DNA of 64,000 nt from Alphaproteobacteria bacterium (lineage in GTDB: Bacteria; Pseudomonadota; Alphaproteobacteria; SP197), in the NCBI GenBank assembly GCA_964291265.2, contig OZ219747.1:224001-288000 (forward strand), given 5' to 3'. A model generated the notes under the pieces. The model did not search any database, had not been told where the DNA came from, and saw only the letters and a list, made by a program, of their open reading frames with translations. The position numbers were made by a program, and so were the translations under genes. Shown one piece after another: positions 40,561 through 51,331 of the stretch (position 1 is its first letter; each line of letters begins with the position of its first letter).

Positions 40561-42402
40561 TCAGGAACCTCCATGGAGGGGCCAGTCTCCGGCCGCCAGG
40601 GCAGCCAGCGAAGCCGGTTCGTACCCCAGTCTCCTAGCGTAGAGCCAGTAGTCTGCCATCACGTTCCTGACAAAGGAACGGGTCTCGCGGGAGGGATAGG
40701 ACTCCACGAAGAGCAGCGGGTCGGTCAGCGCGCCTCCCTGGTTCAACCGCCTCGCCAGGCGTGCCGGGCCGCCGTTGTAGGCGGCAAGCATGAGGAAGAG
40801 ATTGCCGCCGATGTCCGGCAGGTCCAAGAGGTGGCGCACGTACCGCTCTCCGAGATCGATGGAGACCGCGGGATCATCGAGGCGATACCTCCCGGTGCCC
40901 GCAAGGCCGGGATCACCGGCAATCCAGGCCGCCGTTGCCGGCATGATCTGCAGGATTCCCCGGGCGCCGGCATGACTGACCGTGCGGGCCCTGAAATGCG
41001 ACTCCCGGCGAATGAGGGCATACATGAGGGCGGGTTCAATGGCGAAGCCTTCCCGAGGTTCCCATGGCGGAAACGGGAAGAGGGCGTCGTCAAGCCGTGC
41101 CGCATGGAGCGTGAGGAACTCCCGGGCGAGCCGGTATCGCGTCGCCGGAAACGGCATGCGTTCGGCCAGGGCCATGACGGCGGCGGCAGCGGCCGGGTGA
41201 CGGTGGACGCCGAGTCCCCGCAACTCCTGGTCTCCCCGGTGGTACTGGCCCACCTCGGCAAGCGCCAGGGCCCGTCGCACGGCCGGTATCTCCAACAGCG
41301 TCCTCAGCCCCCCGTCCGACACCTGTGGAAGGGGGTCATTGACAAGCCCACCCACCATGCCCAGCGCATGGCGGGCGAGAAGTCCGTAGAGTGTGTCGGA
41401 CCGGTGCGCCGCGATGCCGAGAAGACGGCCGATGTCGTCCGGTGTCCCGGTCAGCAGGGACATTCGGGCCGCCCACCAGGCTCCGGCGGCCACCAGTGGG
41501 TCGGCGGGATTTCCCTGGGAAACCACCAACATCATCGAGCGCGCCGTGTGCGGACGACCTGAACGCCAGGCAGCCAGTCCCGCCGTCCATCCGGCCAGGG
41601 GAACCAAGTGTGCCGACCGATGCAGGGCCGTGGTCGCGATGTCGAGGGCAAGGGCGTCATCGCCATCGATGAAGTAGCCGAATGCGATCTCCGCCGCCGC
41701 CATGTCGAGGGCAAGCGGTCCGGCGCCGCCGAGCGCCTCGGCATCGGTCATCCGTGTCCATGCAACCCCGGGGCGGCCGTTGCGGACATCACGGCGCACC
41801 CGCTTCACGAGACCGCGTTCTCCGGCATCGAGCGCGCTATCGGGATTCGTCGACAAGGAGGCAGCCGATCCGGTCTCGATGGTCACGGCCTCGATGTCCG
41901 GTGCATCCCATCTCCCGACGGGAGGAGCGGGGTCTGCCGCCCCTGAAGGCTGACGTCTCGACGCCAGGGCGTGGATGCGCCTCGCGTCCGGATGGTCGGC
42001 CCAGGATTCAAGCCATGTTCGCAGTTCGTCGAAGCTCGAGATCCACCCTGTCGCATGGAGATAGCGCTGGGCGAGGACATGGCCCATCAGGACCGGGTTC
42101 CTCAGGCGGGCGATCAGCCGGTCCGCCTCTCTCCAGTCGGCTCGCTCCTGGACCGCAAAGATGCGGCGATAGGTCTCCTGGTCCACATCATCGAGGATCC
42201 TCCAGGGATCGCGTTCGGGAGGCGCGGGCCGCCGCACGCCAGGCAGGGGCACGGCGCGCATGTCGGCCGGTGCTGTCGGCTTGACGACGGGCAGGGGAGG
42301 CAGATCCAGGGCCGATGCGCCGTGGCTCCACGCCACGACAACCCCTGCCGCAAGCAGGCTCAGGATGCCGGATCTTCCGGCGCGGAAACGACGTGTCATC
42401 AT
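40561..42402 (-). CDS. Lytic transglycosylase (SLT domain)
   Basis: Signal peptide; IRRES, GARGILQIMP, AAYNGG, ETRSFV. Confidence 0.9.
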   Translation of the reverse strand: MMTRRFRAGRSGILSLLAAGVVVAWSHGASALDLPPLPVVKPTAPADMRAVPLPGVRRPAPPERDPWRILDDVDQETYRRIFAVQERADWREADRLIARLRNPVLMGHVLAQRYLHATGWISSFDELRTWLESWADHPDARRIHALASRRQPSGAADPAPPVGRWDAPDIEAVTIETGSAASLSTNPDSALDAGERGLVKRVRRDVRNGRPGVAWTRMTDAEALGGAGPLALDMAAAEIAFGYFIDGDDALALDIATTALHRSAHLVPLAGWTAGLAAWRSGRPHTARSMMLVVSQGNPADPLVAAGAWWAARMSLLTGTPDDIGRLLGIAAHRSDTLYGLLARHALGMVGGLVNDPLPQVSDGGLRTLLEIPAVRRALALAEVGQYHRGDQELRGLGVHRHPAAAAAVMALAERMPFPATRYRLAREFLTLHAARLDDALFPFPPWEPREGFAIEPALMYALIRRESHFRARTVSHAGARGILQIMPATAAWIAGDPGLAGTGRYRLDDPAVSIDLGERYVRHLLDLPDIGGNLFLMLAAYNGGPARLARRLNQGGALTDPLLFVESYPSRETRSFVRNVMADYWLYARRLGYEPASLAALAAGDWPLHGGS

Positions 42403-42415
42403 CGGGCAGGCGCCG

Positions 42416-43213
42416 TCAGTCCGTCGGCATTCCGGGTGCGATCCCGAGTTCTTCCATGCGCTGTCGTACGGCGAGAAGATCGCGCCAGCTCTCGCGCTTC
42501 TTCAGGGGCTGGCGCAGCAGATAGGCCGGGTGGAACATGGCGATGGCCGGCAACGCTTCCCTGCCTTCGCGCTCGAGGTGCAGCCAGCGCCCGCGAAGTC
42601 GTGTGATGCCCTCGTCTGGTGCCGTGTCGAACATGGCCTTCACCGCCGTCCCTCCGGCGTAGACGAGGAGCTTCGGAGAGAGGAGTTCCACCTGCCTTTC
42701 GAGAAAGGGAAGGCACACCGCGATTTCCTCGGGCGTCGGCGTGCGGTTGCCCGGCGGACGCCAGTAGAGGGTGTTGGTGATGTAGACAAGGGTTCTGTCG
42801 AGACCGATCGTGGCCAGCATGCGGTCCAGGAGTTTTCCCGCCGGGCCGACGAAGGGCCTGCCCTGCCGGTCCTCCTCGACCCCTGGCGCCTCGCCGATGA
42901 TCATGATGGACGCCTGTGCGTTGCCGTCGGCGATGCATGTCGTGGTGGCCGTGCGCTTGAGCGGACACCCGTCGAAGGCTCTGATGGCTTCGATCAGCTC
43001 CGCAAGAGAAGAGGCGCCGGCGGCCAGGGTCCTCGCGGTCTCGAGGGCAAGGGCCGGTCGGGCCGGAACCTGCGGGCATCTCGCAGGCGACGTGCGGACG
43101 GGAGGCGGCGCCGGAGGAGCGGCGAAGCGGTCGACCGCCGTTGCGGTCGTTGCCTCGTCGACACCGATCCCGACATACCAGTCCAGCAGTCTGCGGGCTT
43201 CCTCGCGATCCAT
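42416..43213 (-). CDS. Uracil-DNA glycosylase, family 4
   Basis: GEAPG, PFVGPAG, RPPGNRTP, FHPAYLLR. Confidence 0.93.
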   Translation of the reverse strand: MDREEARRLLDWYVGIGVDEATTATAVDRFAAPPAPPPVRTSPARCPQVPARPALALETARTLAAGASSLAELIEAIRAFDGCPLKRTATTTCIADGNAQASIMIIGEAPGVEEDRQGRPFVGPAGKLLDRMLATIGLDRTLVYITNTLYWRPPGNRTPTPEEIAVCLPFLERQVELLSPKLLVYAGGTAVKAMFDTAPDEGITRLRGRWLHLEREGREALPAIAMFHPAYLLRQPLKKRESWRDLLAVRQRMEELGIAPGMPTD

Positions 43214-43302
43214 GGTTCTCCGTTCGGCGAACATCGGGCGGCATTGTAACGAATATCGCCGTCGGTTAAGAGAATTGGAATGACAGGGCACTGAAGGACG
43301 AG

Positions 43303-44943
43303 ATGGAACAGCGCGAACGCGAGAGCATGGAGTTCGATGTCGTGATCGTCGGCGCCGGACCTGCAGGTCTGGCAGCGGCCATCCGCCTTGCACAGCTGGC
43401 CGAGGAAACGGGACAGGAGGTCTCGGTGTGCGTTCTCGAGAAGGGATCCGAAATCGGCGCGCACATCCTCTCGGGCGCGGTCATGGAACCGCGGGCACTC
43501 AACGAGCTCTTTCCCGACTGGGAGGAACGCGGAGCGCCTCTCCTGACGCCGGTGAAGGAGGACCGTTTCCTCTATCTCACCGAAAAGCGGGCGTTTCGCC
43601 TGCCGACACCCCCGCAGATGGCGAACCACGGCAACTACGTCATCTCGCTTGGCAATGTCTGTCGCTGGCTGGCCGGCGAGGCGGAAGCCCTCGGCGTGGC
43701 CATCTTCCCCGGCTTTGCCGCGGCAGAGGTCCTGTTCGACGAGGACGGGGCCGTGAAGGGCGTGGCGACCGGTGACATGGGCATCGGCCGCGACGGCAAG
43801 CCGAAAGACACCTACGAGCCCGGGATCGAACTCCATGCCAGGCAGGTTCTCTTCGCTGAAGGATGCCGTGGACACCTCTCCCGGCAGTTGATGGATCGCT
43901 TCGACCTGCGCCAGGGGGTCCAGCCGCAAACCTACGGCATCGGTCTCAAGGAACTGTGGGAGATCGACCCGCAACACCACGCGCCGGGCACGGTCATCCA
44001 TACCGCCGGCTGGCCCATGGATGGCAGGACCTACGGCGGGTCCTTTCTCTATCACCTCGACGACAGCCAGGTTGCCGTCGGCTTCGTCGTCGGCCTCGAT
44101 TACGAGAACCCATGGCTCTCGCCCTTCGACGAATTCCAGAGGTTCAAGACACATCCGGCGATCCGCCCCTTCTTCGAGGGCGGCAAGCGCGTCGCCTACG
44201 GCGCCCGCGCCATCAACGAGGGTGGTTTCCAGTCGATTCCACGCCTCACCTTCCCAGGCGGCATGCTGGTCGGCTGTTCGGCCGGCTTTGTCAATGTGCC
44301 GAAGGTCAAGGGCAGCCACACGGCCATGAAGAGTGGGATGACCGCGGCCGAGGCGGTGTTCGACTGGCTCGCGGCCGGGACCCGGGCGGATGCCGAAGTC
44401 CTCGCCTACGGCGAGCGCCTGCGTCAGACCTGGCTGTGGGACGAACTCTACCGCGTGCGCAACATCAGGCCGAGTTTTCATGGCGGCTTCGTGCAGGGCT
44501 TCCTCTATTCCGCCATCGACACGGTGATCCTCAGGGGGCGGGCGCCCTGGACATTCCGGCATCGGCCGGATCACGAGTCTCTCAAGCCGAAGGATGCCTG
44601 CCAGGCCATCGACTATCCTGCGCCCGACGGAGAGATCACCTTCGATCGCGCGAGTTCGGTATTCCTTGCGTCAACGAACCACGAGGAGGATCAGCCCGTC
44701 CATCTTGCCCTCAAGGATGCCAGCGTGCCGATCGACATCAATCTCGCCCTCTACGATGCCCCCGAACAACGCTACTGTCCTGCCGGTGTCTACGAGATCA
44801 TCGAGGATGATGGCGGGGTGCGGCTGCAGATCAACGCGCAGAACTGCGTGCATTGCAAGACGTGCGACATCAAGGATCCGACACAGAACATCGTCTGGGT
44901 GGCGCCGGAGGGCGGCGGCGGCCCGAACTACCCCAATATGTGA
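43303..44943 (+). CDS. Electron transfer flavoprotein-ubiquinone oxidoreductase
   Basis: [16 protein letters not shown]-terminal 4Fe-4S CPAGVYE...[13 protein letters not shown]. Confidence 0.97.
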   Translation: MEQRERESMEFDVVIVGAGPAGLAAAIRLAQLAEETGQEVSVCVLEKGSEIGAHILSGAVMEPRALNELFPDWEERGAPLLTPVKEDRFLYLTEKRAFRLPTPPQMANHGNYVISLGNVCRWLAGEAEALGVAIFPGFAAAEVLFDEDGAVKGVATGDMGIGRDGKPKDTYEPGIELHARQVLFAEGCRGHLSRQLMDRFDLRQGVQPQTYGIGLKELWEIDPQHHAPGTVIHTAGWPMDGRTYGGSFLYHLDDSQVAVGFVVGLDYENPWLSPFDEFQRFKTHPAIRPFFEGGKRVAYGARAINEGGFQSIPRLTFPGGMLVGCSAGFVNVPKVKGSHTAMKSGMTAAEAVFDWLAAGTRADAEVLAYGERLRQTWLWDELYRVRNIRPSFHGGFVQGFLYSAIDTVILRGRAPWTFRHRPDHESLKPKDACQAIDYPAPDGEITFDRASSVFLASTNHEEDQPVHLALKDASVPIDINLALYDAPEQRYCPAGVYEIIEDDGGVRLQINAQNCVHCKTCDIKDPTQNIVWVAPEGGGGPNYPNM

Positions 44944-44969
44944 CGGACTTCCACGGCGAGGAAACCTGG

Positions 44970-46652
44970 ATGAACTGCTCCAGGACATGCCGCGCCCTCT
45001 GTCTCGCGGCGCTTGTCGCGCTGAGCCTGGCCACCGCGGCGGGCGCCCGCGCAGCCACCGATCTGGTCTCGATGAGCGGCGCCTACCTTGCTTCGAGGGC
45101 AGCCGCCTACCAGGGCGACATGACGGCCAGAGCCGACTTCCTGTCGCAGGCTCTGGACAGCCGTCCCGGAGACGTGACGCTCATCGGCCAGACCTACAAG
45201 GCCATGGTGTCCGTCGGCCGCATGGACGAGGCGGCCGAACTGGCCCGGCGTCTCGCCGAAATCAACGTCGTCACCGAACTCTCCCCTGTCACCCTCCTTG
45301 TCGACGCCCTGGCGGCAGACGATGCGGATGCCATGGACGATGCCCTTGCCAGGCTCGGTTCCGATGGCCCACTCGGCACGGTCGCGATCATCGCCCACGC
45401 ATGGTCGACGGCACGGAACGGCGACCATGCGCACGCTCTCGACATCCTCGGCGCCGCCGCGCCAGGCACCGAAGCCCTGGTGGCCTATCATGCCGCCCTG
45501 CTCGGTGACGTCGCAGAAGAGACCGGGGCGGCCGAGACCGCCTTCAGCGCGGCCACGGAAGCCGGAGAGACCGTCGCCTGGGAGGTCACGCGGTCCTACG
45601 GCGGCTTTCTGGAGCGCCTCGGGAGGGGCGAGGACGCTGCCCGTCTCTACCGCCGGTTCATGGACATCAATCCGGAGAGTCCGTGGTTCGAAGACGCCAT
45701 CGCAAGGGCTCTCGCCGGTGGAACGCCACCCGACCGGCCCGACATATCCCAGGCGATCACCGACGCCCTTGCGGAAGCGGCACGGCAGATGCTCGCGGAA
45801 CGCCGGGGAAGTGCGGCCCTGGCATTGCTCAATCATGCAACCTGGCTGCAGCCCGCAGACGACCGTATTCACCTCATGACCGGGGATGTCCTGTCCCGAT
45901 TGCGGCGTGACGCTGCCTCGGCAGCAGCCTATGGCCGCGTGGCACCTGATTCTCCCCTGGCCTGGAGTGCCGGGCTTCGCCGTGTCCGCAGCCTCGACGA
46001 TGCGGGCCTCACCGAAGACGCCATCACACTGGGACGCTCCCTCGCACGGAAACGGCCGGAGAGCGCCGATCCCTTCATGAGCATCGGCGATGTCATGCGC
46101 TCGCACCGGAGATGGGACGAGGCGGCGGAGGCCTATGACGAAGCGCTCCGTCTGCTTGACGAAGGATCGGGTCGCCGTCCGGAACTCCTCTTCGACCTGG
46201 GGGCGATGCTGGAGGTGACGGGGCATTGGGAACGCGCCGAACAGGCCTTTCTCGAATCCCTCGAATCGCGTCCGAACGATCCATGGCTTCTCAACTACCT
46301 CGGATACTCATGGGCCGACCGGAACGAGAATCTCGAGGAAGCCCTCGATCTCATCGAGCGCGCCCTTGAGCAGACACCTGATGACGGCATGGTGATCGAC
46401 AGTCTGGGGTGGGTGCTCTACCGGCTCGGCCGCTACGATGAAGCCGTCATCGAACTGGAGCGTGCTGTCGGCCTGGAACCTGCCGAGGCCGTGATCATCG
46501 ATCATCTGGGCGATGCCTACTGGAAGACCGGAAGACGCTACGAGGCGCGATTCCAGTGGCGTCACGTGCTGACGCTGGCGCCGGACGATGAGGACCTTGT
46601 CGACGCCGTGCACCACAAGCTCGATGCGGGACTCGATGACGGTAACCGATAG
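44970..46652 (+). CDS. Tetratricopeptide repeat protein
   Basis: Signal peptide, GAYLA, LNYLGYSW, DSLGW, HLGDAYW; usual ETF-QO/ispE context. Confidence 0.9.
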   Translation: MNCSRTCRALCLAALVALSLATAAGARAATDLVSMSGAYLASRAAAYQGDMTARADFLSQALDSRPGDVTLIGQTYKAMVSVGRMDEAAELARRLAEINVVTELSPVTLLVDALAADDADAMDDALARLGSDGPLGTVAIIAHAWSTARNGDHAHALDILGAAAPGTEALVAYHAALLGDVAEETGAAETAFSAATEAGETVAWEVTRSYGGFLERLGRGEDAARLYRRFMDINPESPWFEDAIARALAGGTPPDRPDISQAITDALAEAARQMLAERRGSAALALLNHATWLQPADDRIHLMTGDVLSRLRRDAASAAAYGRVAPDSPLAWSAGLRRVRSLDDAGLTEDAITLGRSLARKRPESADPFMSIGDVMRSHRRWDEAAEAYDEALRLLDEGSGRRPELLFDLGAMLEVTGHWERAEQAFLESLESRPNDPWLLNYLGYSWADRNENLEEALDLIERALEQTPDDGMVIDSLGWVLYRLGRYDEAVIELERAVGLEPAEAVIIDHLGDAYWKTGRRYEARFQWRHVLTLAPDDEDLVDAVHHKLDAGLDDGNR

Positions 46653-47499
46653 GAGAGCGATCCCGGCCCATGCCAAGGTCAACCTGTGGCTTCATGTCAC
46701 CGGGCGTCTGGCCAACGGCTATCACGGTCTGGACAGCCTGCATGTGCGCACGTCCCTGGCCGACCGCCTGTGGTTCACTCCGGCGCCCTCCACGGTTCTC
46801 GAGGTGACCGGCCGCTTTGCTGCGGCACTGAGGGACCTGGACGAATCCCGGAACCTGGTGATGCGGGCGATCGCCGCCATTGCGCCGGCACAGGCATTCC
46901 ACATCGTCCTGGAAAAGAACATTCCTGTCGCCTCGGGCCTCGGAGGCGGCTCGGCTGACGCCGCCGCCACGCTGCGGACTGTGTCGGGAACGGGCGATGA
47001 TCTTCCGGCCATCGCGGCGACCCTGGGCGCCGACGTCCCATCCTGTCTTCATGATGGCACGGTCCTGACCGCAGGGATCGGCGATGTCGTCACGCCCATG
47101 GAGTTCCTTCCCGCATGCGCCCTCGTGCTCGTCAATTCGGGCACCGGGCTCTCCACGGCAAGGGTCTTCGCCGGTTTCGACGAACCTCCGTCAGCGCCCC
47201 GACCCCTGACCCGCCCGCCGGAGAGTTTCGATGACCTGGTCCGGGAACTCGAGAGCCGGCGGAACGACCTCGAACCCGCGGCCTGCCGCATCGATCCCGG
47301 CATTTGCGACGTCCTCGCTCTACTGCGCGCCACTCCGGGCATAGCCCTTGCACGCATGACCGGCGCCGGCGCCACGTGCTTCGGCCTTGCCGGCACCCTG
47401 CCACTCGCCGATCGCGCGGCAACCCTGCTCCGCCGTCACCACCCCGGCTGGTGGATCGAGACCACCACCGTCCTCACGCAGCACCGGGAGCGGCCATGA
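46636..47499 (+). CDS. ispE: 4-diphosphocytidyl-2-C-methyl-D-erythritol kinase
   Basis: AKVNLWLHV, PVASGLGGGSAD, LGADVP, NDLE. Confidence 0.95.
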   Translation: MTVTDRRAIPAHAKVNLWLHVTGRLANGYHGLDSLHVRTSLADRLWFTPAPSTVLEVTGRFAAALRDLDESRNLVMRAIAAIAPAQAFHIVLEKNIPVASGLGGGSADAAATLRTVSGTGDDLPAIAATLGADVPSCLHDGTVLTAGIGDVVTPMEFLPACALVLVNSGTGLSTARVFAGFDEPPSAPRPLTRPPESFDDLVRELESRRNDLEPAACRIDPGICDVLALLRATPGIALARMTGAGATCFGLAGTLPLADRAATLLRRHHPGWWIETTTVLTQHRERP

Positions 47500-48830
47500 G
47501 CGCGGTCGCGGACATCAGGGCGCGCATCGCCGCCCGCGAAGCCCATGTCGCCGTCATTGGCCTGGGCTATGTCGGCCTTCCCCTTGCTCTGGCTGTCCAC
47601 AGAAGCGGTTTTCGCGTCACCGGCTTCGATACGGACCCTGCCAAGATCACGGCCCTTGCCGCCGGCACGAGTTACATCAACTACATCGATGCCGCCGTGA
47701 TCAGCCGACTCGCCGCGTCGCCGCGATTCCACGGCACCAGCACGGTCAGCGATCTCGGCGCTGCCGACGTCATTGTCATCTGTGTTCCCACACCCCTTGG
47801 CCGCCACCGGGAACCGGACATGCGCCACGTGGTGGACACCAGCCACAGCGTCGCATCGATCCTGACTCCCGGACGCCTCGTCATTCTCGAATCGACCACC
47901 TGGCCCGGGACCACGGATGAACTGGTGCGACCGATTCTCGAAGGCAATGGCCTGGTGTCGGGAGTGGATTTTCTTCTTGCCTATTCACCCGAACGCGACG
48001 ATCCGGGGAACACCACCCACCGCCTCGGAACGGTGCCCAAGATCGTCGGCGGCGAGCAGGACCTGGCACGGGCGGCTGCCGCCGCCTTCTACGAGTCCTT
48101 CATCCCTGCCGGAACCGTTGTCCTCCCGGATATGAAGACCGCCGAAGCCGTCAAGCTCACCGAGAACATCTTCCGCTCCGTCAATATTGCCCTCGTCAAC
48201 GAACTCAAGGTGATCTTCGATGCCATGGGCATCAACATCTGGGACGTGATCGAGGCCGCCAGCACCAAGCCCTTTGGCTACATGCCCTTCTGGCCCGGAC
48301 CCGGACTCGGCGGCCACTGCATTCCCATCGATCCGTTCTACCTCGCCTGGAAGGCGCGGGAGTTCGGCGTGCCCACCCGGTTCATCGAGCTTGCCGGAGA
48401 AATCAACACCTCGATGCCGCATCACATCGTCTCCAGGCTCGCCAGCGAGATCGATCGCCGGTTTCGCCGCGGTCTCAACGGCGCCGCAATTCTCATCGTC
48501 GGCATGGCCTACAAGAAGAACGTCGATGACAGCCGCGAAAGTCCTGGCCTGACGCTGATGGCACTGCTCGAATCGAGAGGAGCCGCGGTGTCCTTCTTCG
48601 ATCCCTTCATCGGCACCATTCCCGCCACCCGAGCCCATGCCGGGCTGGCCGACCGGAAGGGTCTGGAGTGGACCGACGTTACCCATGGCGGCCACGATGC
48701 GGCGTTGATCGTCACCGACCACGACGGCATCGACTACGATGCCCTCGTCGCCGCGGTGCCACTGGTGGTCGATACGCGCAATGCGACACGGGACGTTCGC
48801 CGCCATCGCGAGCGCATTGTTCTCGCCTGA
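47496..48830 (+). CDS. Nucleotide-sugar (UDP-GlcNAc/ManNAc-type) dehydrogenase
   Basis: GLGYVGLP, CVPTP, ESTTWPG, GGHCIPIDP, AYKKNVDD. Confidence 0.93.
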   Translation: MSAVADIRARIAAREAHVAVIGLGYVGLPLALAVHRSGFRVTGFDTDPAKITALAAGTSYINYIDAAVISRLAASPRFHGTSTVSDLGAADVIVICVPTPLGRHREPDMRHVVDTSHSVASILTPGRLVILESTTWPGTTDELVRPILEGNGLVSGVDFLLAYSPERDDPGNTTHRLGTVPKIVGGEQDLARAAAAAFYESFIPAGTVVLPDMKTAEAVKLTENIFRSVNIALVNELKVIFDAMGINIWDVIEAASTKPFGYMPFWPGPGLGGHCIPIDPFYLAWKAREFGVPTRFIELAGEINTSMPHHIVSRLASEIDRRFRRGLNGAAILIVGMAYKKNVDDSRESPGLTLMALLESRGAAVSFFDPFIGTIPATRAHAGLADRKGLEWTDVTHGGHDAALIVTDHDGIDYDALVAAVPLVVDTRNATRDVRRHRERIVLA

Positions 48831-48894
48831 CCGGAGCGGCGTTCATCCCCCGTGGTTGCGCACTCCGGCGCTTTCCGGTTTATAGGAAGCCTGC

Positions 48895-48968
48895 TGGGGC
48901 GTGGCCAAGCGGTAAGGCAACGGGTTTTGGTCCCGTGACCCCAGGTTCGAATCCTGGCGCCCCAACCA
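48895..48968 (+). tRNA. tRNA-Gln (TTG)
   Basis: Acceptor TGGGGCG/CGCCCCA, anticodon arm ACGGG-TTTTGGT-CCCGT, T arm CCAGG-TTCGAAT-CCTGG, encoded CCA. Confidence 0.97.
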
Positions 48969-49035
48969 CGCTCCTGTTGCAGGTCGCCCGTCCGTCAACG
49001 CGCTGCATCACCGATCCACCTTGTGAACCATCACC

Positions 49036-49743
49036 ATGCAGGACACCAGCGACGCCTTCACGGAAGCCCTTCGCCTGATCACGACACTCGACCGCGACCT
49101 CGTCGAGATCATCCTCATGTCGCTCCGGGTCAGTCTCCTTGCAGTGCTCTTCGCCATGCTGATCGGCCTGCCCCTCGGCGCGACGACGGCCATCTCGCGG
49201 TTTCCGGGGCGCGGCGCCGTCATCGCCGTGATGAACGCCTTCATGGGCCTGCCGCCCGTGGTGGCCGGTCTTGCCATCTATCTCCTGCTGTCACGCGCCG
49301 GACCTCTGGGCGACTGGGGTCTGCTCTACACTCCCGAGGCCATGATCATCGCCCAGACGGTGCTCGTCACACCCATCGTCGCAGCCCTGACGCGCCAGGT
49401 CATCGAGGACCTTCACCGCCGCTATGACGAACAGTTGCGCGCCTTCGGCCTGGGCAGGGGCGCCACCGCCGTCACCCTGTTGTGGGAGGCGCGATTCAGT
49501 CTCGTCACCGTGGTGCTTGCCGGGTTCGGCAGAGCCATCGCGGAGGTCGGCGCCGTCATCATGGTCGGCGGCAACATCAACCATGTCACGAGGGTGATGA
49601 CCACGACCATCACGCTGGAGACTTCGCGCGGCGCTCTCGACCTCGCGCTGGGTCTGGGAATCGTGTTGCTGACGATCATCCTCGTCATCAACGGGCTCGC
49701 CGGACTGCTCAACACCCTGGCGCGGAATCCACGCCTTGCGTGA
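49036..49743 (+). CDS. tupB: Tungstate ABC transporter permease
   Basis: MGLPPVV, SRAGPLG, GFGRAIAEVGA, TRVMTT. Confidence 0.88.
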   Translation: MQDTSDAFTEALRLITTLDRDLVEIILMSLRVSLLAVLFAMLIGLPLGATTAISRFPGRGAVIAVMNAFMGLPPVVAGLAIYLLLSRAGPLGDWGLLYTPEAMIIAQTVLVTPIVAALTRQVIEDLHRRYDEQLRAFGLGRGATAVTLLWEARFSLVTVVLAGFGRAIAEVGAVIMVGGNINHVTRVMTTTITLETSRGALDLALGLGIVLLTIILVINGLAGLLNTLARNPRLA

Positions 49744-50470
49744 ACGGACAGACGGAAGGGTGCTGCCGCTCGTCGGCCGGAACCTCCGTCTCATGCGCGG
49801 AGCGAGGCCGGTGGTCGATGATGTCAGCGTCGCCATCTCCCGGCCGGAGATTGCGGTGCTTCTGGGCCCCAACGGCGCCGGCAAGAGTCTTCTGGTCCGC
49901 GTGCTGGCGGGCCTCGTCGAACCGGACCGTGGCGACGTCACCTGGAACGGTCGTCCGCCGGATCGCCGACGGGCCATCCGGCTCGGCGTTGTCTTCCATC
50001 ACCCGGTGATGCTGAGCCGCACGGCGCTGGCGAACATCCGCTTCGCGCTCCAGGCTGCCGGTGTCCCCCGTCACGAACAGCGCCAGCGCGCCATCGAAGC
50101 ACTCGTGACCGCCGGTCTCGAGGCAAGGGCGAGAGTCCAGGCACAGGCACTCTCGGGAGGGGAACAGCAGAGGCTTGCGCTGGTTCGCGCCATGGCGACG
50201 TCTCCGGACGTCCTGCTCCTCGACGAGGCAACCGCCAACCTCGACCCGGGTTCGATCCTGGCGATCGAGGACCTGGTGCGCCGGGCACGGAACGACGGCA
50301 TGCCCGTCCTCCTCGTCACCCACGACCTGGCCCAGGCGCGCCGGCTGGCCGACCGCATCCTCTATCTTCATGGCGGGGTTCTCGAAGCCGACAGCGGCGC
50401 TCCGCTCTTCTTTTCCGATCCTCCCACGAGACGGGCCCGGGCCTTTGTCGAGGGCCGTCTGGTCGCCTGA
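49736..50470 (+). CDS. tupC: Tungstate ABC transporter ATP-binding protein
   Basis: GPNGAGKS, LSGGEQQR, LLDE; lies between the permease and the binding protein. Confidence 0.85.
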   Translation: MRERTDGRVLPLVGRNLRLMRGARPVVDDVSVAISRPEIAVLLGPNGAGKSLLVRVLAGLVEPDRGDVTWNGRPPDRRRAIRLGVVFHHPVMLSRTALANIRFALQAAGVPRHEQRQRAIEALVTAGLEARARVQAQALSGGEQQRLALVRAMATSPDVLLLDEATANLDPGSILAIEDLVRRARNDGMPVLLVTHDLAQARRLADRILYLHGGVLEADSGAPLFFSDPPTRRARAFVEGRLVA

Positions 50471-50497
50471 GTCCCATCAGCCGGAAAGGTTCCCTGG

Positions 50498-51331
50498 ATG
50501 ATGTCAAGGTTCTTCGCATGTGCCGTGGTCGCCCTTGGCCTCATCCCTGGCGGCGTGACCGCTGACGAACGCTCCATCATCGTCCAGTCGACGACCTCGA
50601 CCCAGAATTCCGGTCTGTTCGATCACATCCTTCGCGATTTCAGCGATGCGACGGGCATTCTCGTCAAGGTGGTCGCCGTGGGCACCGGGCAGGCCATCCG
50701 CAACTCCATGAACGGAGACGGCGATGTCCTGCTCGTGCATGCCCGCGATGCCGAGGAGGCGTTCGTCGCCGGCGGCTACGGCGTCGAGCGGTTCGACCTG
50801 ATGTACAACGACTTCGTCATGGCCGGTCCCGTTTCCGATCCGGCAGGTGTCAGAGGCATCGCCGATGCCGGCGTCGCGTTCATGCACATCGCCCGCAACG
50901 GGCTTCCCTTTGCCTCCCGCGGCGACGATTCCGGCACCCACAAGAAGGAAATGGCCTTGTGGCGCAGTGCCGGCTTCGACCCGACGGCGCACAGCGGTTC
51001 ATGGTACCTCGAGACCGGTTCGGGCATGGGCGCCACCCTCAACGTGGCCGCCAATGTCGGCGCCTATGTCCTGACGGACCGGGCCACCTGGATCGCCTTC
51101 CAGAACCGCGGCGATCTCGCCCTTCTTGTCGAGGGGGACGAGAATCTCTTCAACCAGTACGGCGTGACGATGGTGAATCCGACGCGTTTTCCCCATGTGC
51201 GCGAAGAGGAGGCGCGCCGCTTCGTCGACTGGCTCCTGTCGCCCTCCGGACAGGCTTCGATCGCTTCCTACCGCATCGACGGCAGGCAACTCTTCTTCCC
51301 CAACGCGAGCCATCAACACCATGCGCCGTGA
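50498..51331 (+). CDS. tupA: Tungstate ABC transporter substrate-binding protein
   Basis: TTTS signature (STTSTQNSGL), VGTGQA, SRGDDSGT, GMGATL. Confidence 0.9.
   Translation: MMSRFFACAVVALGLIPGGVTADERSIIVQSTTSTQNSGLFDHILRDFSDATGILVKVVAVGTGQAIRNSMNGDGDVLLVHARDAEEAFVAGGYGVERFDLMYNDFVMAGPVSDPAGVRGIADAGVAFMHIARNGLPFASRGDDSGTHKKEMALWRSAGFDPTAHSGSWYLETGSGMGATLNVAANVGAYVLTDRATWIAFQNRGDLALLVEGDENLFNQYGVTMVNPTRFPHVREEEARRFVDWLLSPSGQASIASYRIDGRQLFFPNASHQHHAP

Noticed and set aside
48895-48968. tRNA-Gln as an island attachment site
   Set aside because: No duplicated 3' end or adjacent integrase was found.
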